From Flavisolibacter sp. (GTDB taxonomy: Bacteria > Bacteroidota > Bacteroidia > Chitinophagales > Chitinophagaceae), in contig JAQBNG010000127.1 of the NCBI GenBank assembly GCA_028288675.1, forward strand, positions 21,654 through 85,653: 64,000 nucleotides of DNA, written 5' to 3'. Shown piece after piece: positions 1 through 9,601 of the stretch. Positions within the stretch are counted from its first letter, which is position 1. Every line of letters starts with the position of its first letter. The notes below the pieces were generated by a model that was given only the letters and a program-made list of their open reading frames with translations, searched no databases and had not been told where the DNA came from. The translations under genes were made by a program, and so were the position numbers.

Positions 1-194
1 AATTTTTTACCTAACAGAAAACCTTCTTCGCTTAAAGGGTTTGCCGCAAAATTGTACTGGGGTTGTGGGAAGCCAGGTGGAACAGTGAAGTTGATCCTGG
101 TGAGATTCAATTCTGTTTTTTTGCAACTGTTCATCAGGACCGAAGATGCGGTTACAAAAAGAATAATGAAAAAGATAACGGCCCTGGATTTCAC
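1..194 (-). CDS. Cytochrome c peroxidase (MauG/MbnH-like) family lipoprotein, N-terminal part; gene runs off the window start
   Basis: Not in the ORF track. Manual translation from GTG at 194 gives MKSRAVIFFIILFVTASSVLMNSCKKTELNLTRINFTVPPGFPQPQYNFAANPLSEEGFLLGKK. It has a lipobox (MNSC) and the PxGFPxPxYxFxxNPL..G..LG pattern typical of Bacteroidota di-haem peroxidases. The haem motifs would lie outside the window. Confidence 0.7.
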   Translation of the reverse strand, partial: MKSRAVIFFIILFVTASSVLMNSCKKTELNLTRINFTVPPGFPQPQYNFAANPLSEEGFLLGKK

Positions 195-240
195 CGGAAA
201 TTGTTTGCTCTAAAGTAATAACAATTAAGATGGATGTATG

Positions 241-648
241 TTAAAAGAGGTCTTTAGGATTGAACTTCTTCCGGCCGCCTTTGATTTCTGAAGTACGTTT
301 TTTCCCTTCTATCCGTCTTTCTTTTGCGGCTTTGGAAGGCTTGGTAGCAATGCGGGGCTTTTTCTTTTTTACTGCATTACTTACTACCTCATTTACCTTT
401 TTAATTGCTTCTTCTTTATTGGCTAATTGGGTACGATGCGTTTGCGCTTTTAGTACCAGGTCCCCTTCGCTATTAATTCGGTTTGATAGTTTTTCCAGCA
501 CAAGCTGCTTCTGCTCCAGGGATAATAATTGCGATGCAGAAATATTGAAATAAGCGATGACCGCCGTTTCCACTTTATTTACGTTTTGTCCGCCGGCCCC
601 ACCGCTGCGCGTCGTCTGTAGTTTTATTTCAGAAGAGAAATCAAGCAT
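241..648 (-). CDS. arfB: Alternative ribosome rescue peptidyl-tRNA hydrolase ArfB (YaeJ)
   Basis: RSGGAGGQNVNKVETAV GGQ motif, RTQLANKEEA, and a basic C-terminal tail. Confidence 0.95.
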   Translation of the reverse strand: MLDFSSEIKLQTTRSGGAGGQNVNKVETAVIAYFNISASQLLSLEQKQLVLEKLSNRINSEGDLVLKAQTHRTQLANKEEAIKKVNEVVSNAVKKKKPRIATKPSKAAKERRIEGKKRTSEIKGGRKKFNPKDLF

Positions 649-653
649 AAATC

Positions 654-749
654 AAATACGAGTGCGAAGTTATAAGTACGAAGTGGAAGAGACAGAAATT
701 CCCGCAACATTCCCGATTTCGTACCTCGTATTTCTAACTTCGTATTTTG
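654..749. repeat. Imperfect inverted repeat of TACGA(A/G)-type roughly 7-bp units between divergent arfB and dtd
   Basis: Left arm AAATACGAGTGCGAAGTTATAAGTACGAAGT (654-684). Right arm ATTTCGTACCTCGTATTTCTAACTTCGTATTTT (716-748), reverse complement AAAATACGAAGTTAGAAATACGAGGTACGAAAT. Confidence 0.75.
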
Positions 750-753
750 TAGT

Positions 754-1206
754 ATGCGGGTAGTTATTCAAAGAGTAAGCAAAGCAAGCGTTAGTGTTGA
801 TAGCAATATAACCGGTATAATAAATACAGGGCTATTGGTGTTGTTAGGCATTGAAGATGCAGACGATGATGAGGACCTACAATGGTTATGTAATAAAATA
901 ACTAACCTTAGAATTTTTAATGATGATGATGGTGTGATGAATAAATCGGTGATGGATGTTGGTGGCGATATTTTATTGGTAAGCCAGTTTACATTACACG
1001 CTTCCACTAAAAAGGGCAACCGGCCCAGTTATATAAAAGCCAGCAAGCCGCATACTGCCATACCTATGTATGAAAAGATGATTAAACAACTGGAAAAAGC
1101 TTCAGGCAGGAAAATACAAACGGGAGTTTTTGGCGCTGATATGAAAGTTGAGCTATTGAATGACGGGCCCGTAACAATTATTATTGATACGAAGTACCGG
1201 GAATAA
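754..1206 (+). CDS. dtd: D-aminoacyl-tRNA deacylase
   Basis: MRVVIQRV start, SQFTL, GNRPS, FGADMKVELLNDGPVT motifs. Confidence 0.97.
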   Translation: MRVVIQRVSKASVSVDSNITGIINTGLLVLLGIEDADDDEDLQWLCNKITNLRIFNDDDGVMNKSVMDVGGDILLVSQFTLHASTKKGNRPSYIKASKPHTAIPMYEKMIKQLEKASGRKIQTGVFGADMKVELLNDGPVTIIIDTKYRE

Positions 1207-1482
1207 CCAGTGTATTTCAGAAAAGTGTATACCGCAACCGCAAAAACAACTTCAGCTATTACATTAGATACAATAACCCCTACACTATATTTCATATTGC
1301 TGATTTGAAAATCAACAGGTACGCAAACGCTATACCCTGCTATAAAATTTCAGCCCATTGATAGCCCTCAAATATCAACTGTCTGTATTTTTATATAACA
1401 ATTAAATGAGCGGTATAGCTTCTGTAGATGTTTTTTAGATGGCCTAAATTTATCAACCATTCCTTCAATTAAACTTACGTTC

Positions 1483-2475
1483 ATGAACAAAACTATAAAC
1501 AGCCAATTGCTAAAGTTTTATAAAAACCTTTCTCATAGCCGGCTCAGGAAACTACTTTATACAGTTTTCCTGCTTTTAAGTTTTTGCAATAAAAGCTTAC
1601 AGGCGCAGGTAGCAGATAGTACGGTTGAAGTAGTGCAGCAAAAACCCATTGCTGTTTCAATAACTGATGTGCAGCCTATATATAAAATAAACACGTTAAG
1701 AAGTGGCGTTTTCAGCATAGTAGCAACTGCCGCCAACTTGTATGCTATACCTACCATTATTCATGGTAAACGAGATATGACGGATGCTGAATTAAATGCC
1801 TTGAATCCTTTATCACCTAATGGAATTGAGCGGTGGGCCCTGAAACAAAACCCAGCTAACCGCGAAAGCTTTTCAAAAGCTTCGGACATTACATTGCCGG
1901 CCATTATTTTTTCCGCTGCCGCCTTAGGTTTCGATAAAAAAATCAGGAAGGATTGGGCAAAGCTCCTGTTGATGTATTACGAGATGCACGCCTTTACATT
2001 TGCCTTGTACGATTTTAGCCCGTTTGGGCCAGCCTTTCAAAATAAATTACGGCCTGTAGCCTACTACAACTATTTTTCGCCTGAAGAAAGAAAGCGGGGC
2101 AACAACCGCAACTCGCTTTACAGCGGGCATGTTGCCAGTGCGGCAGCCAGTACATTTTTTATGGTGAAAGTATACAGCGATTATCACCCCGAAATAGGCA
2201 ACAAACGTTTTTTACTTTATAGCCTTGCTGCGCTGCCTCCGCTTGTTGAAGGCTACCTTAGAGTGAAAGCATTGGCACATTTTCCATCCGATGTGGTAGT
2301 TGGCTTTATAATAGGTGCGGTATGCGGTGTAGGCTTGCCGGAAATGCATCGAAAGAAAGCACAACCGATTAAGTTAGGGTTGTATTCTAACGGGGAAAGT
2401 AACGGGTTAAAGCTGGCGTGGAATTTTACAACAAAGCAAAAAAATCTATATAAACCGCTTTACCCGGGAAATTAA
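1483..2475 (+). CDS. PAP2 (type 2 phosphatidic acid phosphatase) family membrane protein; start uncertain
   Basis: C1 KLRP, C2 YSGH and C3 RVKALAHFPSD motifs, with hydrophobic helices. Confidence 0.8.
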   Translation: MNKTINSQLLKFYKNLSHSRLRKLLYTVFLLLSFCNKSLQAQVADSTVEVVQQKPIAVSITDVQPIYKINTLRSGVFSIVATAANLYAIPTIIHGKRDMTDAELNALNPLSPNGIERWALKQNPANRESFSKASDITLPAIIFSAAALGFDKKIRKDWAKLLLMYYEMHAFTFALYDFSPFGPAFQNKLRPVAYYNYFSPEERKRGNNRNSLYSGHVASAAASTFFMVKVYSDYHPEIGNKRFLLYSLAALPPLVEGYLRVKALAHFPSDVVVGFIIGAVCGVGLPEMHRKKAQPIKLGLYSNGESNGLKLAWNFTTKQKNLYKPLYPGN

Positions 2476-2476
2476 T

Positions 2477-3463
2477 TTATGTTAATGGAGCGGCTATGTT
2501 TTCGGCCTTTTTATCTTTTAGCAGAAATACAGAAGCAGGGTAATAAGGCTCTCCAAGTAAATGCACCTGTATGGGATCTGTAACTCCTTTCATGGTTAGT
2601 AAAGCAGATGGGTAATCTTTGGTTTCGGCTTGTTTTAAAACATCATTCGAAAGAAGAAAACTATTATTCAAATCTTTGGTAGCCGATTGAATTCGCGATG
2701 CGATATTAACCGGCAAACCCATTACCGTTAAATTGTTATTGATACCCAGACCTACGTTACCTACAATTACATTACCGCAGTGCATGCCAATACCAATTTG
2801 AAAGCGGTGGCGAAAATACTTTTGAACATAGTCTCTATTAAAATTTTCCAGCTCTTTAAAAATAGCGAAGCCGGATTCAATAGCATTCATTGCAGCCGTT
2901 TCAGGACTGCACCGTAAACCAAAAACAGCGTACAAACCATCGCCCGCAGTTTCGATTATTTTACCACCGCCGGCCTCAATACAGGTTCTGCATATGCCAA
3001 ACAGCTTTCGCAAAATATGTATCACATCAAAGGCAAGGTAAGCTTCCATAAAAGGGGTAAAATCCCTGATGTCTAAAAAGAAAAGCACGAGCTCTTTTTC
3101 TTCTCCTAGTTCACTAAAGTCATTTTCGCTTTGGTCTATGTATAAGTCAACATCCGATACGTCGCGAATGATCCTGTGAATTGATACAGGGGCATTTTCT
3201 ACAAAAGTTTGACAGGCTAACCGAACATTCGATGGGAAAGTAAGTTGCTCCCTTAACGCAGCTTCCTTATCATTAATAGCGCTTAAGTGTTCCTTGCCTT
3301 TGCTTACCAATATCCGGCAGGTAGAGCATCGTGCATGGCCGCCGCAGGTATGATAATGTGGTATGCCGGCTTTTAAAGCCGCGTCTAAAACAGATTCCCC
3401 TTCCTCTATTGGAATTGTTTTTTCGCCTATAAATTCAATATGAAATGTTTTGTGCGCTGTCAT
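2477..3463 (-). CDS. [2Fe-2S] ferredoxin domain fused to a class III adenylate/guanylate cyclase
   Basis: CGGHARCSTC...RLACQ ferredoxin cysteines. Cyclase motifs FLDIRDFT, ETAGDG, GIGMHCG, VNIASR. Confidence 0.9.
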   Translation of the reverse strand: MTAHKTFHIEFIGEKTIPIEEGESVLDAALKAGIPHYHTCGGHARCSTCRILVSKGKEHLSAINDKEAALREQLTFPSNVRLACQTFVENAPVSIHRIIRDVSDVDLYIDQSENDFSELGEEKELVLFFLDIRDFTPFMEAYLAFDVIHILRKLFGICRTCIEAGGGKIIETAGDGLYAVFGLRCSPETAAMNAIESGFAIFKELENFNRDYVQKYFRHRFQIGIGMHCGNVIVGNVGLGINNNLTVMGLPVNIASRIQSATKDLNNSFLLSNDVLKQAETKDYPSALLTMKGVTDPIQVHLLGEPYYPASVFLLKDKKAENIAAPLT

Positions 3464-3661
3464 TTGCTATAGTGCTGTTGTTGCTTTATCGGCAGGAAGT
3501 TGTTTACATTTTGCGGTATCAGAAAAGGCTTCCTTCTATAGCAATGTACTACCAAACTATAATTAAGTTGAGTATTTTCTCCAAGCCCCGGAGGCTTACA
3601 CTTACATTATTGTAACCGGGATTGCGAATGGGTATCAGCAGCAAGAAATTGAGAAGCCTTA

Positions 3662-4765
3662 CTAATTAAAATCGTCCAACGTTTTATCTTCCCGTAAACC
3701 CTGGAAAGACGGGTGGCGCATCAAGCCATCTTTTGTCCGCTCTGTATATTTCACCTCGCAAACAAAATGGGGCTTTACCCACATAGTTGGCGCCCCGGTA
3801 TCTGGCTTAATGTTAAAAGGGCACTCGGAAGTAAACAAAGAATTCATTTTTTTAAAGATTTCCTTCTGCGTCCGTGCCGTAAAACCTGTTCCTACCTGGC
3901 CAATAAATTCAATGCCTTTCTCTGTGGGAACTCCAAGCACCAATGATGAAAAAAGGCGGTCGGTGTCTTTGTTTTTAGTATAGCCGCAAATGATTGCTTC
4001 ATGCCTTTCTTCTACTTTTATTTTGCACCAGTTTGTGGTACGGTAACCGGCTTGATAAATAGAATCTGCCCTTTTTGCCACAATACCTTCGAGGTTACCA
4101 CTTTTTGCAGCTTCAAAGAATTGCTTTCCATATTCATCAATTGAATCGCTGAACCGTATCAAACCTCCATCGGGAATTATCTTTTTAAGAATTTCTTTTC
4201 GCTGGTGCAATGGTTTCCTGGTCAGGTCAATTCCTTCCAGCCAAAGCAAATCAAACAGGTAATAAAACAAGTGGCCGTCTCCTGTGCGGCTCCATTGCTG
4301 AAGCCCTCCAAAATCAGGTTTCCCCTCGCTATCCAATACTACTATCTCGCCATCAACTACGGCATTTACCGGCCAGCCCTGTAGGGCCTCATACACCGGA
4401 AAAAATTTACGGTCGAAAGAGTTATTGTTTCTTGAACGGATAGAAACATCACCATCACTTAAATAAGATAAAGCCCTGTAGCCATCCCACTTAATTTCAA
4501 ATTGCCAGGCCGCATCATTAAACGGTTCTTCAATTACAGAAGCCAGCATGGGTTTTAGATTCGTTGGCATCGCCGATAATTCCCCGCCTTTAAAATCACG
4601 CAGGATAAAGTCAACAACGGTTTGAAGATCTTTACGGATCCCTGTTGCAATAACAAGGCTGCCGGGCTCTTTTGTAGTAGTAGCTCTTTTTTTTCCGGGT
4701 AAAGTTTTTAAACTTTTTCCGTTGAATAAAGTGTTGCTGTTGGAAGGCTTTTTTTGTACACTCAT
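3662..4765 (-). CDS. ligD: ATP-dependent DNA ligase, stand-alone LigD ligase plus OB domains (NHEJ type)
   Basis: LKPMLA, EIKWDGYRA (KxDG), DGEIV, FDLLWL, EGIVAKR, WCKIK, MRHPSFQGLREDK. No polymerase or phosphoesterase domain. Confidence 0.85.
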   Translation of the reverse strand: MSVQKKPSNSNTLFNGKSLKTLPGKKRATTTKEPGSLVIATGIRKDLQTVVDFILRDFKGGELSAMPTNLKPMLASVIEEPFNDAAWQFEIKWDGYRALSYLSDGDVSIRSRNNNSFDRKFFPVYEALQGWPVNAVVDGEIVVLDSEGKPDFGGLQQWSRTGDGHLFYYLFDLLWLEGIDLTRKPLHQRKEILKKIIPDGGLIRFSDSIDEYGKQFFEAAKSGNLEGIVAKRADSIYQAGYRTTNWCKIKVEERHEAIICGYTKNKDTDRLFSSLVLGVPTEKGIEFIGQVGTGFTARTQKEIFKKMNSLFTSECPFNIKPDTGAPTMWVKPHFVCEVKYTERTKDGLMRHPSFQGLREDKTLDDFN

Positions 4766-5061
4766 ACAAACACCGCCTCCAATTATATGCCTATGCCAGT
4801 GCGCTTTTTTAAGCGATACGCATAAACGGTTGAGCTTTAAATAGTTTGCAATTTATACACAGGATATACAGGGGAAAGCGGGAAAATGTGAATAATGCAG
4901 CTAAGTAATTAAAAGTCAATCCGTATATAATTTTTGTTGAATAGATAACGGCTGCCCTAATTGTAAGCTTATATTTTGGGCGTATCCCGGGGCGGGGCGG
5001 GCTATCCGCTTCAATCTTTTTGTACCGGTGCGGATACAAAAAGGATTTCTGCTTCTATCCC

Positions 5062-6378
5062 TTACGCAACAGCCGGCCCACCTGGATGGTTAGAATGGGC
5101 TGGCAGCAAAATTAAAAACCGGGCACCCTCCCCTTCTTTGCTATGTGCGGCAATTAGCCCATTGTGCTTCTCAACAATTTTTTTAGTGATGGCAAGGCCG
5201 ATGCCGGTTCCTTCGTAAGTTTCTTTTGAATGCAGGCGCTCGAAAAGCGAAAAGATTTTAGCCGCGTATTTTTCATCAAACCCGATGCCGTTGTCAGAGA
5301 TAGTAAGAAGGCAAAAAGCGCCTTCAGGATCTTCTTCGCTGTCGAATGATTTATCTCGTACCAGCTTTGCGGTTATGTCGATAATTGATGTCTTTTCTTT
5401 TCCTGCAAACTTCAGGGAGTTTGACAAAAGGTTTTGAAACATCTGGCGTATTTGTCCGCGGTTTACATATAAACAGGGTAGCTCGCCCACGTTAATCACC
5501 GCTTTTTTCTCAGCTATAAATAAATCAAAATCATCTAGTAATTCTTTTATCAACACATTCAAATCAATACATTCAAAAGGGTTATCGTTAGCCGATAGTT
5601 TGGAGTAATTAAGTACATCAATTATCAGCGCTTTCATACGGCCGGCCGAATAAATGATCTTCTCTAAATATTTTTTCGATTCGGGTGTTAGCTGCGCTCC
5701 GCCTCTGTCGTTTAGCAGGTTGCTGAACAATTGGATCTTTCGTAGCGGCTCCTGCAGATCATGCGATGCCACGGAAGCGAATTGCTGCAGATCGTGGTTG
5801 CTTAATTCAAGTGCATGATTAATTTCTGCCAACTGTTTGTTATTGGAGCTGAGTTGCTGCTGCACTTTTTTTTGGGCTGTCAGATCGGTAAGAATAATAC
5901 TTAGCGAAACCCCTTCCTCTAACGCTAATTTGGTAAGTGATAATTGCACCGGTGTAAAATGATCGCCAGCGGTTAATAACACTTCGCCTTTGCAATCCTG
6001 GGTCCAGCATCTTTCAAAAAGAGCCTGGTAATCATCTACATTTTCCGGTGCTATAAATTGATGGAAAGGCAAGCTTATTACATTAGACAAAGGCATCTTA
6101 ACCAGGGAAGCAAATTGGGAATTACAATATAAGATCGAACCTTTTGAATTGAGGGTCACCGCGCCTTCGGTCATCTTTTCTATAAAAACCCGAAAGGCCT
6201 GGTCAGCTGATCTGAGCGTATATAATTGGTGACCATTTGTACCTTCCACTACCAGCGCATCTACCTGGCCGGTGCGAATGGCTTCAATAGTTTCGTGCGC
6301 CTCTTGTAACTGCAGCTTTAATTCTTCTATCTCAGCTTGCAGGTCTTCGTTTAATCTTGTCACTGAATCTGTTTTCAT
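5062..6378 (-). CDS. Soluble PAS-domain sensor histidine kinase, last gene of the kai operon
   Basis: PAS region; H-box ASHDLQEPLRKI; N-box QMFQNLLSNSLKF; G1 DNGIGF; G2 GTGIGLAI. No transmembrane segment. The ATG directly abuts the upstream kaiB stop. Confidence 0.92.
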   Translation of the reverse strand: MKTDSVTRLNEDLQAEIEELKLQLQEAHETIEAIRTGQVDALVVEGTNGHQLYTLRSADQAFRVFIEKMTEGAVTLNSKGSILYCNSQFASLVKMPLSNVISLPFHQFIAPENVDDYQALFERCWTQDCKGEVLLTAGDHFTPVQLSLTKLALEEGVSLSIILTDLTAQKKVQQQLSSNNKQLAEINHALELSNHDLQQFASVASHDLQEPLRKIQLFSNLLNDRGGAQLTPESKKYLEKIIYSAGRMKALIIDVLNYSKLSANDNPFECIDLNVLIKELLDDFDLFIAEKKAVINVGELPCLYVNRGQIRQMFQNLLSNSLKFAGKEKTSIIDITAKLVRDKSFDSEEDPEGAFCLLTISDNGIGFDEKYAAKIFSLFERLHSKETYEGTGIGLAITKKIVEKHNGLIAAHSKEGEGARFLILLPAHSNHPGGPAVA

Positions 6379-6705
6379 TTACAACGACAGGCCAAGGCCC
6401 TTTAAAACTTTTTCGGTTTGCGACAGGTCGCCAATCAACCTTCGTTCAGGTAAAGGTTGTTTGCGAATTAGTAATGGCAGCGCAATTATCTGCTCACTTT
6501 GCGCAACTGCGGCCTGCTGATATACATCAATAATTTCCAGCGAATAATTGTTCTGCAAATGCTCCTCACATATCTGCTTTAAATTATTGATGGCACGAAT
6601 GGAATTGGGCGAAGTGCCGGTTACAAATAAGCGAAGAACATAGGCGCCCTCTTTAGGTGGAGAGTTGCCTGCATCATTCAAATCCTGTTCTTCTTTTTTA
6701 CGCAT
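6379..6705 (-). CDS. kaiB: KaiB family protein (second copy)
   Basis: LRLFVTGTSPNSIRAINNL...IIALPLLIRKQPLPERRLIGDLS. Confidence 0.92.
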   Translation of the reverse strand: MRKKEEQDLNDAGNSPPKEGAYVLRLFVTGTSPNSIRAINNLKQICEEHLQNNYSLEIIDVYQQAAVAQSEQIIALPLLIRKQPLPERRLIGDLSQTEKVLKGLGLSL

Positions 6706-6706
6706 G

Positions 6707-7048
6707 TTACTTTTTTACAGGCCTGATGTTCAAGCCTACCAATACTTTTTCCTCGTTGGACAAATCGCCAATTATTTTGCGTATGGGCACAGGCACTTTG
6801 CGCACTAAAGTAGGTATGGCCAATATCTGGTCGCCAGCTGCTAATTGCGGCTTTACCAACAAGTCAATTACTTCCAGTTTGTACTTGTCAACCAAATGCT
6901 CAGCGCAATATTTTTTAAGGTTGTTTATGGCGGCTACTGACTTAGGGGTATTGCCAGCTACATATAAACGCAGCTCCCAAAAATCTTCCTCCATTTTCGC
7001 CGTCTTTTTCCCTTTCGTTACCTTTTTTACTTTACTTTCTTTTACCAT
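6707..7048 (-). CDS. kaiB: KaiB family protein (first copy)
   Basis: [19 protein letters not shown]...[23 protein letters not shown]. Overlaps the kaiC stop by 17 nt. Confidence 0.95.
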   Translation of the reverse strand: MVKESKVKKVTKGKKTAKMEEDFWELRLYVAGNTPKSVAAINNLKKYCAEHLVDKYKLEVIDLLVKPQLAAGDQILAIPTLVRKVPVPIRKIIGDLSNEEKVLVGLNIRPVKK

Positions 7049-8759
7049 GATCTGAATTATGCGAAGTTCTTAATTGCGTTAGCTGTTTGCGGTTTTGTTC
7101 CATAATCTCTTTCTTTAAATCTTCCTCCACATATACTTTATTCAACTGGTCCTGCACCGAGTCAAATTCCTCTTGCAAGGAACTAATCTTTGCTTCCAGC
7201 ACCATTCGCTTTCTTTGAATCTCCTTATCTTTTTGGGTAAGCGCATGTGTACGCAATGCGGCACCTGTAGTTTCACTCAATAGCTGTGCCTCACGTGCCG
7301 AGCCAATAAGAACACCCTCCTGCCCCAAATAAACATCCACTAAATCCAGGCCTTTATCTGTAATAATAAATTCACGTACCTGGTTGGAGTGCTTCATTCC
7401 CCGCGACTTCATAATGTACATTCCCCGGTTGCGTTCGCCATTCGATTCTATATCACGTACCTGCAACCACACATCTACCAGCGAGGAAACGCCTTCGTCT
7501 GTTTGCTCGTTTACTACTGTGTTCAAGCTTAAAGCGGTAAACAGTACTGTAATGTTTTCTCCCTGTAAAAAATCAATTAACCGTATAAGAAAAGACTTTA
7601 CCTCGCTTACTGTGCCCACCGTAACCAGGTTGGTGATGGGGTCGAGAATGACGGTGCGGGGCTTAAAGGCTTTTACTTTTTTATGAATAGCGGCAAGGTG
7701 CATTTCCAATCCGTTGAGTGTAGGCCTTGCCGAATGAATTTGCAGCAAGCCGCTCTCAATATGGGTATTAAGGTTAACGCCTATGGATTGCAGGTTCCGG
7801 ACTATTTGCAGTGGCGGTTCTTCAAAAGCGAAATAAATACATCGCTCTTTGCGGAGGCAGGTGGCATTAGCAAAAAATGCGGCAAGGCTTGTTTTACCGG
7901 TACCGGCCGTACCCGAAACCAAAATGGAGCTACCCCTATAAAAGCCCTTGCCGCCAAGCATATTATCCAATGCCGGTATGCCTGATGAAACTTTTTGGGT
8001 AGAAACAATGCCTTGTAATTGCAAGGAGGTAACCGGCAACACCGATATGCCGTCTTCATCAATTAAAAAAGGATATTCATTAGTGCCATGTAAAGAGCCG
8101 CGGTACTTTATTATTCGCAATAAGCGGGTAGAAATTTTATTGGCTACCCGATGGTCTAATAGAATTACACAATCGGAAACGTATTCCTCAAGCCCCTGCC
8201 TTGTTAGCGAGCCCTCGCCTTTTTCGCCGGTAATAATTGCTGTCACCCCTTTCTCCTTTAACCAGCCAAACAAGCGACGAAGTTCGGCCCGCAGAATACC
8301 CAAATTGTTTAGCCCTGCAAAAAGATTTTCAATGGTATCAAGCACCACCCTTTTTGCGCCAATGCTATCAATAGCGTAGCCCAACCTTATAAACAGGCCA
8401 TCTAAATCATACTCGCCGGTTTCTTCAATTTCGGTGCGGTCAATATGCACATGGTCAATGCGAATTTTACTCTCCTTCTGCAGCTTTTTTAAATCAAAGC
8501 CCAATGAGGTTACATTCATTTCCAACTCTTCAGCCTTTTCTTCAAAGGTCATAATTACTCCGGGTTCGCCAAACTCGGTAGCGCCACGAACAATGAATTC
8601 AATAGAGAAAAGAGTTTTGCCCGATCCGGCTTCGCCACAAATAAGCGATGGCCTTCCTTTGGGCAAGCCACCACCGGTTATTTCATCAAGCCCCGATATA
8701 CCGGTAGGCGTTTTAGGTAACGAAGCTTTTAGAGCAGTTTTGTTTGACTTTGAGGGCAT
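7032..8759 (-). CDS. kaiC: Double-domain KaiC ATPase/kinase with a C-terminal coiled-coil extension
   Basis: Two Walker A motifs ([16 protein letters not shown]), catalytic FEE pairs, arginine fingers KYRG and KSRG, phosphosite region VSSLVD. ATG at 8759 preferred over the ORF-track TTG at 8804. Confidence 0.95.
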   Translation of the reverse strand: MPSKSNKTALKASLPKTPTGISGLDEITGGGLPKGRPSLICGEAGSGKTLFSIEFIVRGATEFGEPGVIMTFEEKAEELEMNVTSLGFDLKKLQKESKIRIDHVHIDRTEIEETGEYDLDGLFIRLGYAIDSIGAKRVVLDTIENLFAGLNNLGILRAELRRLFGWLKEKGVTAIITGEKGEGSLTRQGLEEYVSDCVILLDHRVANKISTRLLRIIKYRGSLHGTNEYPFLIDEDGISVLPVTSLQLQGIVSTQKVSSGIPALDNMLGGKGFYRGSSILVSGTAGTGKTSLAAFFANATCLRKERCIYFAFEEPPLQIVRNLQSIGVNLNTHIESGLLQIHSARPTLNGLEMHLAAIHKKVKAFKPRTVILDPITNLVTVGTVSEVKSFLIRLIDFLQGENITVLFTALSLNTVVNEQTDEGVSSLVDVWLQVRDIESNGERNRGMYIMKSRGMKHSNQVREFIITDKGLDLVDVYLGQEGVLIGSAREAQLLSETTGAALRTHALTQKDKEIQRKRMVLEAKISSLQEEFDSVQDQLNKVYVEEDLKKEIMEQNRKQLTQLRTSHNSDHGKRK

Positions 8760-8999
8760 AGTAATAAATTTAAAACAGGCAATAAATATAGAGCTTACCG
8801 TCAAAAAATGTTTCCTATTTATAAAGATGCATAGCCTAAAATTTCAAAAGAAATACATGTATTCATTAACGCCATTTTCCTGCCATTTTTTGTAAAGCGA
8901 TGAACATATGAAACGTGTAGCGATGTGAAAAAACAGGGCATAAGTCGTTGCTACTGTAGCTTTACTTCAATTTTTGGGTACAAGAACTCTGGTAAACTA

Positions 9000-9028
9000 A
9001 CTGGCCCGAACAACATGTTCAGGCCAGT
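9000..9028 (-). terminator. Hairpin downstream of the YciF-like gene, probable terminator
   Basis: ACTGGCC-C-GAACA / TGTTC-A-GGCCAGT stem with one mismatch and a weak U tract. Confidence 0.45.
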
Positions 9029-9049
9029 AAAAAGGTAACGGATATTAAT

Positions 9050-9601
9050 TTAGTCTTCCTCTTGTGCTGCCTCGTAGTTCACATTGTTTTCTGCAATGCC
9101 TGTCAGCAACAGATCGGTTTGTTTTTCTTCTTCCAGGGTGGTGCGCAAAATTTCAGCAACATCATCCAGCCCAAGTGTTATGGCCAATTGTGCTAACCCA
9201 CCGTAAGCAGCAATTTCGTAGTGCTCTACTTTTTGAGCCGATATGATCAGGCCTACATCACGGGTAGCAGTACCGGTTTCGGTTTCTTCAATAATGCCTT
9301 CGCCTTCTTTGGTGATACCTTCAATAGCCTCGCATTTTTTGCCTTTTGCTTTTTCGCCCAATAGTTCAAATACCTGCTCCAGGCGGCCTACCTGGTTAAT
9401 TGTCATTACGCGATGGTCTTCAAAAGCCTGCTTCAACTCGGTGGAGGTGGCCGCTTTTTTCATTTTAGGAAGTGTTTTAGCAATATGTTTTTCTGCATAA
9501 TACACGTCCTTAAGTCCATCAACAAAGAATTCTTTTAGCATAGAGTCGCCGGCGCCTGCGCCAACATTTAGTGCTTTTGATTTTTTTGAGGCTTTTGCCA
9601 T
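9050..9601 (-). CDS. YciE/YciF (DUF892) ferritin-like stress protein
   Basis: LKDVYYAEK, AFEDH, CEAIEGI, AQKVEHYEIAAYG, TLEEEKQTD. Confidence 0.92.
   Translation of the reverse strand: MAKASKKSKALNVGAGAGDSMLKEFFVDGLKDVYYAEKHIAKTLPKMKKAATSTELKQAFEDHRVMTINQVGRLEQVFELLGEKAKGKKCEAIEGITKEGEGIIEETETGTATRDVGLIISAQKVEHYEIAAYGGLAQLAITLGLDDVAEILRTTLEEEKQTDLLLTGIAENNVNYEAAQEED

Noticed and set aside
1029-1295. 88-aa hydrophobic minus-strand ORF
   Set aside because: About two thirds overlaps dtd antisense and it has no recognisable motif.
4809-5218. ORFs 4809..5039 (-) and 4976..5218 (+)
   Set aside because: No family features; one is antisense to the kinase 3' end. Probably intergenic noise.
5062-8759. 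Calling the kai cluster a true circadian clock
   Set aside because: There is no kaiA, and self-sustained oscillation cannot be inferred from sequence. Reported only as a KaiBC-kinase module.
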